DNA from: Candidatus Micrarchaeota archaeon
GTDB taxonomy: Archaea; Micrarchaeota; Micrarchaeia; Micrarchaeales; CABMGC01
Length of the DNA: 64,000 bases
Direction of reading: 5' to 3'
Assembly (NCBI GenBank): GCA_028867335.1
Contig: JAGWGN010000001.1
Coordinates: forward strand, 113,608 to 177,607
The translations under genes were made by a program, and so were the position numbers. This document shows positions 57,805 to 64,000 of the stretch, piece after piece. The notes beneath the pieces are model-generated. The model saw only the letters and a program-made list of their open reading frames with translations, made no database searches and had not been told where the DNA came from. The stretch's first letter is position 1. Each line of letters begins with the position of its first letter.

Positions 57805-59259
57805 TTGCTTCTTTTATACAACACTCTTTCCCGTAAAAAGCAAACTTTCAAGCCACAAAAGAGAGGGGTTGTCAGCATCTACGCCTGCGGGCCCACGGTG
57901 TACAGTGCGCCACACATAGGCAACATGCGCACATACCTTGAGCAGGATGTGCTGAAGCGTGCGCTGATCCGCCTGGGATACAAGGTGAATCACGTGGTCA
58001 ACATCACGGATGTGGGGCATCTGGTTGGCGATGCGAATTTGGGGGAGGACAAGGTGAAGCTCGCAGCCGAGAGGGAGCACAAGACCGCAAGGCAGGTCGC
58101 GGACTTCTACACCGCCGAGTTCGAGCGGGACATCTCGCAGCTCAACATACTAAAGCCCGATGTGATGCCCAAGGCTACCGAACACATAAGGGAGATGCTC
58201 GAGCTGATAGGCCACCTTGAATCAAAGGGGTACCTATACTCCGTTCCCACCGGAATCTACTACGACACCTCTAGGTTCAAGAACTACGGCAAGCTGAGCG
58301 CAATGAGCTTCGCAAAGCTAAACAAGTATCTCAAGGCAGGTGCAAGGGTGGAGCGCGCAGCAGGAATAAAAAACATAACCGACTTCGCCGTCTGGCGGCT
58401 GAGGGAGAGGCAGAGCATTGACGAGATGATATGGGACTCCGCGTGGGGCGAGGGATTCCCTGGCTGGCACATAGAGTGCAGTGCCATGAGCATGAAGTAT
58501 TTGGGTGAGACACTCGACATACACTGCGGCGGAATAGACCACATCCCGATACACCACACAAACGAGATCGCCCAGTCCGAGGCTGCGAGCGGAAAGAAAT
58601 TCGTAAACTACTGGGTGCACAGCAATTTCTTGACAGTTGACGGCAAGAAGATGGCGAAGTCCATCGGCAACGTCTACACCATTGGCGATTTGATCGGGAA
58701 GGGCTTCTCCCCGATGGCCATACGATACCTATTCATCTCGGCGCACTACAGAAAGAAGCTCAATTTCACTTTTGATTCGCTTGAGAATGTGGCAAAAACC
58801 CTCAGGGGGATATATTCCTTCCTTCAAAGACTCTCAGAAATAAAGAGGGCGGGCGCAGCGGATCCGAAATTTTCAAAAAAGGTCTCGAGCGCAAAAAAGG
58901 AGTTCTTCGGCGAGGTGGACAATGACCTCAACATTCCCGGAGCGCTATCTGCCATGCACTCCTTGATAAGCGAGGCCAACAGGAGAATAGGCAATGATAG
59001 GCTCACCGCCTCAGAGGCAAAGAAGGTAATGGCAGCAATGATGGAATTCGATGAGGTTCTCGGACTCGAGTTTGAAAGGCATTCAAAACCCAAGGAAGAT
59101 TTGGATGAAAGGATAAAGAAATTGATAGAGATGAGGGAAGCGGCTAGGAAGGAGAAAAACTTCAAGGGGGCCGATTTGATACGCGATACCCTAAGGCAGC
59201 ATTACAGGATAATCCTGGAGGACACAAAGGACGGGGTAAGGTGGCACCGCGAAGGCTGA
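57805..59259 (+). CDS. cysS: cysteinyl-tRNA synthetase
   Basis: YACGPTVYSAPHIGNMRTY (HIGH), WHIECSAM, and KMAKSIGN (KMSKS). Confidence 0.93.
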   Translation: MLLLYNTLSRKKQTFKPQKRGVVSIYACGPTVYSAPHIGNMRTYLEQDVLKRALIRLGYKVNHVVNITDVGHLVGDANLGEDKVKLAAEREHKTARQVADFYTAEFERDISQLNILKPDVMPKATEHIREMLELIGHLESKGYLYSVPTGIYYDTSRFKNYGKLSAMSFAKLNKYLKAGARVERAAGIKNITDFAVWRLRERQSIDEMIWDSAWGEGFPGWHIECSAMSMKYLGETLDIHCGGIDHIPIHHTNEIAQSEAASGKKFVNYWVHSNFLTVDGKKMAKSIGNVYTIGDLIGKGFSPMAIRYLFISAHYRKKLNFTFDSLENVAKTLRGIYSFLQRLSEIKRAGAADPKFSKKVSSAKKEFFGEVDNDLNIPGALSAMHSLISEANRRIGNDRLTASEAKKVMAAMMEFDEVLGLEFERHSKPKEDLDERIKKLIEMREAARKEKNFKGADLIRDTLRQHYRIILEDTKDGVRWHREG

Positions 59260-59766
59260 TCAGGCTGCTATGTTCTCGTCTTCCTCCTTCTTTGCCTCCT
59301 GCTCTATTATCGGCTCGCTTGCCGCCTGGTTCTCGGGGTGCTCGGAGAGCTGTCTTCTTCCCCCTCGCTTCTGCTGCTTCTCCGTCTTCGCGTTTGCAAA
59401 CAGTACATCCATCTTCTCTTCGCTCACCGAATCTATCCAGCTCTTTATGTAGACCGAGATGTTCTTTAGTGGCTTTGAGTAGCGGTCAGTGAACGAGTAG
59501 GCGTTAGCCTCGTGCTTTAGTATTCCTACATTGACCCCGAAATCGAGGTATCTTTTCCAGGTCGCAAGCGGCAGCTCCTTGCTGCAGTCCTTTAGGCGCA
59601 AGTTGCCCTTCTTCTTCACCTCTGAGAGCGCCTTTGCGAATCTGTATGCCTTTGTCTCGTTGTCAAAATAGATCTTCGCGACTTCCTTCACGTTTGGGTT
59701 CTTGAGCTTCTCCCTTAGAGGAGCGTCCTCGTACTCCCAGTATTTTATTCCCAAATGAATCGCCAA
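59260..59766 (-). CDS. hypothetical protein (168 aa), possibly winged-helix-like, with a charged C-terminal tail
   Basis: ORF track. Abuts the cysS stop convergently. No secure motif. Confidence 0.45.
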   Translation of the reverse strand: MAIHLGIKYWEYEDAPLREKLKNPNVKEVAKIYFDNETKAYRFAKALSEVKKKGNLRLKDCSKELPLATWKRYLDFGVNVGILKHEANAYSFTDRYSKPLKNISVYIKSWIDSVSEEKMDVLFANAKTEKQQKRGGRRQLSEHPENQAASEPIIEQEAKKEEDENIAA

Positions 59767-59869
59767 TAATATGGAATATTATAAGTTATTAAGCATTTTG
59801 GAAAAATCCCAAAAACTAATGGCGGACCAAAAACGATAATCTATTTAAACAAAGCAGAGAAAGGAAGTT

Positions 59870-60373
59870 ATGGCAAAGGGGATGGAGAACAGGCCGAGGA
59901 TCAGCAAGTGGATTGGCAGGGGCTATCTGCTCCTAGCCACCGTGCTGGCAATAATCTACGGGGTGATAATCTTCTTCCTAAGGTTTGCACCGATCTCGAG
60001 CGCAGCTGAAATAATAATCAGCTCCGTACTAATCGCGGTCATAATCCTGCTGTACGGAATTATCTACAGCCTCTACAAAACCAAGTATGTGATAAGCAAT
60101 GGCAGATTATATTCCTGGTCCCCATTCGCAGTTATTAATGTCCCCCTAAAGGAGATAGTGAAAGTCGAGCAAACAAGAATCCCTTTCTACTTCAAGGGAT
60201 TCGGGGCGAGCGTTTATTGCGGCAGATTCTACATACCGGGAGTAGGTTGGACGCGAGTCATAATAACAAATTTGATAGATGGCGTACTGATAAAAACCAA
60301 GAATAGCAGAAACTATCTGATCACCCCGTCAAATCCTATCGGTTTTGCCAAGGCCCTAAAAGCAAAGGGATAA
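59870..60373 (+). CDS. membrane protein with two N-terminal TM helices and a bacterial-type PH-like domain
   Basis: LLLATVLAIIYGVIIFF and IIISSVLIAVIILLYGIIY, then YVISNGRLYSWSPFAVINVPLKEIVKVEQ... (bPH-like). Confidence 0.55.
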   Translation: MAKGMENRPRISKWIGRGYLLLATVLAIIYGVIIFFLRFAPISSAAEIIISSVLIAVIILLYGIIYSLYKTKYVISNGRLYSWSPFAVINVPLKEIVKVEQTRIPFYFKGFGASVYCGRFYIPGVGWTRVIITNLIDGVLIKTKNSRNYLITPSNPIGFAKALKAKG

Positions 60374-60383
60374 GCTGCACCCT

Positions 60384-61490
60384 CTAATTCTGGTAGACCA
60401 ATGTGAGCACGTCCTCATCGGTGAGTGCGTGGTCCTTTCCCACCTTCTGGCTCTTGAACTTAACGCTCTTCCCCGTGACGTAGGCGTACTTTAGGTTCCT
60501 TGCGATCTCGGAGTGGAGCTTTTTTGCGACCTCAAATACCGTGCTTCCCTCCTTCACTATTATCGGCTTGTTGAAGTCCGCAGAGCCGTCCTTTGGCTTT
60601 AGGTAGATCCTGCTCATCTGCAGCGCCTTGAAGATCCCCTCCCGCAGCTGTTCGATGTTCATGTTCTTTAGCGCGCTTATCGTCATAACCTTCATCCCTG
60701 TCCTCTTCTCGACCTCCGCCTTTGTCTGCAGATACTTCTCGTTGACGTCGATCTTGTTGAGCGCCACTATCGCATTCACATAGATGTCGTTACCGCCCAA
60801 GAAGTCGATCAGCTCGTCCTCTGTTGCGTTGTTGACAAAGTGTATCACGCAGTTGTATATCCCAAACTCGTTTATGATCTTCATTATCGTGTCGTTGTCA
60901 GGTATCTTGTATCCCTGGTTCTCTATCTTTATCCCTCCGGAATTCAGTTTTTCCATCCTCATTTCGGGCTTGCTTTTGCCTGCGTGTATCCCAAGGTCGT
61001 TTAATTCCTTTAGCAGGACGTAGAGGTTCTGCGAATTCGCAGAATCGATGACAAACACTATCAGGTTCGCGATCCTTATCGCGCTCGCGATCTGGGCCCC
61101 TCCCCCCTTTCCAATGTGCGCTCCCTCGATGAGCCCTGGAAGATCGAACACCTGTATCTTCGCGCCCTTGTATTCGAGTATCCCAGGTATTGCGTCTATG
61201 GTCGTGAACGCATAATCAGCGACTTTCGATTCTACGTTTGTGAGGAGCTTTAGCAGAGAGGACTTTCCCGCATTCGGGAACCCGACGAGCGCAACCGTCG
61301 CGTCCCCGGTCTTCTTTACCACGAATCCCTTTCCGGATTTCTTCTTGCGCTCGCTCATCTTTTTCTTGGTGTTTGCTATCTTTGCGCGCAAAATACCAAG
61401 GTGTTTGTTGGTCGCCTTGTTGTGATGCGTTTTTGCGTACTCTTTCTCGAGTTCCGTGAGCTTTTTTTGCAAAACCTCTTTTTCCGTCAT
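60384..61490 (-). CDS. DRG/Obg-family GTPase with a C-terminal TGS domain
   Basis: G1 VALVGFPNAGKSSLL, G3 DLPGLIEGA, G4 NKID. Start at MTEKE (TATA 29-37 nt upstream). The track ORF is 14 codons longer. Confidence 0.88.
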   Translation of the reverse strand: MTEKEVLQKKLTELEKEYAKTHHNKATNKHLGILRAKIANTKKKMSERKKKSGKGFVVKKTGDATVALVGFPNAGKSSLLKLLTNVESKVADYAFTTIDAIPGILEYKGAKIQVFDLPGLIEGAHIGKGGGAQIASAIRIANLIVFVIDSANSQNLYVLLKELNDLGIHAGKSKPEMRMEKLNSGGIKIENQGYKIPDNDTIMKIINEFGIYNCVIHFVNNATEDELIDFLGGNDIYVNAIVALNKIDVNEKYLQTKAEVEKRTGMKVMTISALKNMNIEQLREGIFKALQMSRIYLKPKDGSADFNKPIIVKEGSTVFEVAKKLHSEIARNLKYAYVTGKSVKFKSQKVGKDHALTDEDVLTLVYQN

Positions 61491-61599
61491 AAAAATCAAT
61501 CCTCCTTCAAAAAACCATTTATAAAAATTCAAGTTTATTTAACGTCCATCTAAATATCTTTCGACATAATCCTTTTAAATATTACCAAAAGGTAAGAAA

Positions 61600-61671
61600 A
61601 TGGCTATGAAGAAAAAATCAAAGGGAAAGAAGTCTAAGGCAAAAGGAAAGGGAAAGAAATCAAAGAGATAA
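61600..61671 (+). CDS. candidate micro-ORF encoding a 23-aa lysine-rich peptide
   Basis: Own translation: MAMKKKSKGKKSKAKGKGKKSKR. TATA-like ttttaaatat lies about 20-27 nt upstream, and a long T-rich tract follows. This could be a chance ORF in an A-rich spacer. Confidence 0.2.
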   Translation: MAMKKKSKGKKSKAKGKGKKSKR

Positions 61672-61720
61672 ACTGAATTTGTTTTTTTGTTTTCTTTTCT
61701 TTCTTCTTCTTACTTTTCAC

Positions 61721-63025
61721 TCACATCTTAGGCATGAACTTGGATAACTTCCTCTTCATGTCCCTGTCGTTTTGGAACGCATTCATCATCTTCTTCATGT
61801 TTGCAAAGTCCTTCAACAGATCCCTTACGTCTTTCTCCGTGCTTCCGCTTCCCGCGGCCACCCTCCTCATCCTCATCTGATCGTGCATCAGCTTCTCGTT
61901 CAACCTCTCTTCTTGCGTCATTGAGCCTATTATAGACTTGTATTTCTTGAGCTTGACCTCGCTCTCCTCAAGCGCCCCTTTGGGCATGTCGTTCATGCCC
62001 AGCATCCCCATCACGTTCTTTAGCGGGCCCATCTTCGACATCGCCTTTAGCTGCGTGTAGAAGGTGTCGAAGTTGAGCTCCTGCATCGACATATCCTCGG
62101 GCTTTATGTTAGCCTCCTTTACAGCTTCCTGGACGTGGGTTATCAGGGATTCTATGTCTGGTATCCCCAGCAGCCTTCCGACGAACTTCTTCGAGTCGTA
62201 GAGCTCAAGCGAGTTTAGCTTCTCGCCTGTCCCTGTGAATGTTATGTTGACGTTGGATGCGTTCACTGCGCTAAGCGCCCCTCCTCCCTTTCCGGATCCG
62301 TCTATCTTTGTTACTATGACGCCCGTTAGCTTGACCGCCTCGTCAAATTCCTTTGCCTGCTTGCCTGCAACCTGCCCGATATCCGCGCTTATGACAAGTA
62401 TCTTCTCCTGCGGCCTAGCCTCTGCGTTGATCTCTTTCAGCTCTTCGATCAACTCCCCATCGAGTGCGTTCCTTCCGCTTGAGTCGAAGATTATCACCTT
62501 CTTGTCCTTGAGCGCTGCAACCGCCTCCTTGACGATTTTCCTCACGCTCTTCTCGCCCTTTATCCCGAAGAACCCGACTCCAGCCTGCTTTGCGAGCGTC
62601 TCAAGCTGCTCGTATGCTGCGGGCCTTGCTACGTCGCAGCAGACGACCGCGCTACTAAGCCTTCTGTCCTGATAGAACTTTGCGAGCTTGGCAGACGTGG
62701 TCGTCTTTCCAGACCCGTAGAGACCGAGCAACAGTATCCTCTTCGGCTCAATTGTGGGCTCGAACTTCTTGCCCATCAGCTTTACAAGCTCCTCATAGAC
62801 AAGGTTTGTTATGTAGTCCTTTGGGCTCACGTCAGTCGGGAGCTTGGACTTGAGCGCAGCCTCCTCTATCTTCTTTGTGAGGGCAAGAACGAGGCTAACC
62901 TCAACGTCTGATCCAAGAAGCGCTTTCTGCAGCTCCTTGTTGAACTCCTTTATCGTCTTGCTGTCGATCAGGGTGGCTCCGCTAAGACGCGCAATAGCCT
63001 TTCTCAAGCCCTCTCCAAGATCCAT
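61721..63025 (-). CDS. srp54: signal recognition particle protein SRP54
   Basis: NG domain with LLLGLYGSGKTTT, DSSGR and TKIDGSGKGGGALS. The M domain is Met-rich. Confidence 0.95.
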   Translation of the reverse strand: MDLGEGLRKAIARLSGATLIDSKTIKEFNKELQKALLGSDVEVSLVLALTKKIEEAALKSKLPTDVSPKDYITNLVYEELVKLMGKKFEPTIEPKRILLLGLYGSGKTTTSAKLAKFYQDRRLSSAVVCCDVARPAAYEQLETLAKQAGVGFFGIKGEKSVRKIVKEAVAALKDKKVIIFDSSGRNALDGELIEELKEINAEARPQEKILVISADIGQVAGKQAKEFDEAVKLTGVIVTKIDGSGKGGGALSAVNASNVNITFTGTGEKLNSLELYDSKKFVGRLLGIPDIESLITHVQEAVKEANIKPEDMSMQELNFDTFYTQLKAMSKMGPLKNVMGMLGMNDMPKGALEESEVKLKKYKSIIGSMTQEERLNEKLMHDQMRMRRVAAGSGSTEKDVRDLLKDFANMKKMMNAFQNDRDMKRKLSKFMPKM

Positions 63026-63085
63026 AGCGACACCGCAAAATAAGTAATACTATTAAAACTTTAATGAATATATGATTATGCTTGG

Positions 63086-63174
63086 GGGCTCATAGCTCAG
63101 CCTGGTTAGAGCGCTGGTCTTATATCATTTCGTAAGAAAGCCAGATGTCAGGGGTTCAAATCCCCTTGGGCCCA
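63086..63174 (+). tRNA. tRNA-Ile (anticodon UAU) with a 14-nt canonical (37/38) intron
   Basis: Hand fold. GGGCUCA/UGGGCCC plus A73. D arm GCUC-AGCCUGGUUA-GAGC. Anticodon stem CUGGU/GCCAG with loop CUUAUA[UCAUUUCGUAAGAA]A. T arm AGGGG-UUCAAAU-CCCCU. The intron carries UAAG, complementary to CUUA. Confidence 0.8.
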
Positions 63175-63180
63175 TAGCGC

Positions 63181-63963
63181 TCATTTTTGGTTGATGTACT
63201 TTGCAAATCCGCGCTTTGCAAGAAACTTCCAGACCGTCTCCTTACCGTAGGATTTGTAGTATTCTCTCATCGGTTCTAGAAGCTGGTCTGTGATTTCCTT
63301 GCTGTCAGGCCTGTTTCGGTCCATCTTTTTCTTGTACTCTTCAATTTCTAGTTTATCTACAAGCCCAACTTTCTGGGAAAGAATTCCTTCTGGCACAAAA
63401 TAGTCGAGCACCGCTTCCTCAAACTGTTCCCGGCCCCTTTCTCCCGGTTTCTCCTCTTTCAAGGTGCCGTTCATGTCTATTGCTCTGTGTAGGATCTCAT
63501 GGACAAATACTCCAATTATAATCTTGAAGTCACTCCTGTTCTTTTCACCTATCCCCATACCAAAAATTACGGAGTAATCCTTTTTATTTGAAGACATAGC
63601 CCCTCCATTCACCGAGCTTGGATTTTCAGTCTCTGAAAGTATAACTGTGGCACTTTTAGGCATCTTGAAACCAAATACTGCCATCACATGCTTTTCAATT
63701 TTCTTGGCATTCTTTCTGTATTCCTTTTTTATCCCAGATGAAAGTTTTTTGAAGGAAGGGTCATTATCATCCAAAAGATTCCCCTTCACTCCATCTAATA
63801 GTTCTAGGAGATCCGAGTATTCTTTTGCACCGATAATTTTTGGATTATCTGACTTTAGCGCGTACCAAACTTTGTTTTCATATCTTCTGGATCTAATGTA
63901 TTTGTTGTATATTTTAACCGAGTTCTCAAGCCTCTCGCCAAATAGCGATGGATAGGCCCACAT
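63181..63963 (-). CDS. hypothetical protein with an HExxH motif (putative zinc metallopeptidase)
   Basis: IIGVFVHEILHRAID contains HEILH. No family recognised. Confidence 0.5.
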   Translation of the reverse strand: MWAYPSLFGERLENSVKIYNKYIRSRRYENKVWYALKSDNPKIIGAKEYSDLLELLDGVKGNLLDDNDPSFKKLSSGIKKEYRKNAKKIEKHVMAVFGFKMPKSATVILSETENPSSVNGGAMSSNKKDYSVIFGMGIGEKNRSDFKIIIGVFVHEILHRAIDMNGTLKEEKPGERGREQFEEAVLDYFVPEGILSQKVGLVDKLEIEEYKKKMDRNRPDSKEITDQLLEPMREYYKSYGKETVWKFLAKRGFAKYINQK

Positions 63964-64000
63964 CGCACTTGTAATTGCACCTGGGGCTCCAAGCTGGTAG

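Noticed and set aside
61672-61720. Pyrimidine-rich tract tttgtttttttgttttcttttctttcttcttctt considered as a repeat or regulatory array
   Set aside because: It has no unit periodicity. It is best explained as the oligo-T termination zone between convergent transcription units.

Overview
The window is an archaeal chromosome segment. The evidence is TATA boxes 25-35 nt upstream of most start codons, a split RpoB, TFB, MCM, Kae1/Bud32, an Sm protein, class III signal peptides and intron-containing tRNAs. About 85% of it is coding, and most genes are information-processing housekeeping genes. These include a stand-alone 23S rRNA gene, the RNA polymerase operon rpoH-B''-B'-A'-A'', and the S13-S4-S11 and RpoD-L18e-L13-S9-RpoN-S2 ribosomal blocks, which lie about 14 kb apart in opposite orientation. 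There is also an HTH-grpE-dnaK-dnaJ operon, four aminoacyl-tRNA synthetases (Lys class II, Met, Cys), MCM, SRP54, a DRG GTPase and 8 tRNA genes. I found no CRISPR array, transposase, integrase, 16S or 5S rRNA. The most unusual content is in the tRNA set. tRNA-Ser(GGA) carries two short introns and tRNA-Pro carries one, and both have an intron in the T-loop with a shared CUGAA motif. tRNA-Pro also reads as anticodon AGG (A34), there is an intron-containing tRNA-Ile(UAU), and tRNA-Leu has C at position 33. Other points worth a second look:
- grpE has a conserved N-terminal reading frame with no start codon. It overlaps an upstream HTH gene at a C5/G5 homopolymer.
- A roughly 1.9 kb strongly AT-rich islet lies between metG and mcm. 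It carries a kinase-like gene and a truncated nucleotidase remnant.
- Two paralogous PH-domain/zinc-ribbon genes are present.
- A ribosomal protein L41e micro-gene is missing from the ORF track.
- A promoter-hairpin-oligoT unit may encode a small RNA.
The combination of unlinked rRNA, tRNA-Ile(UAU) and non-canonical tRNA introns suggests a small-genome DPANN/Micrarchaeota-like lineage. That assignment is inference only. All calls come from reading the sequence and the supplied translations by eye; no searches were run.
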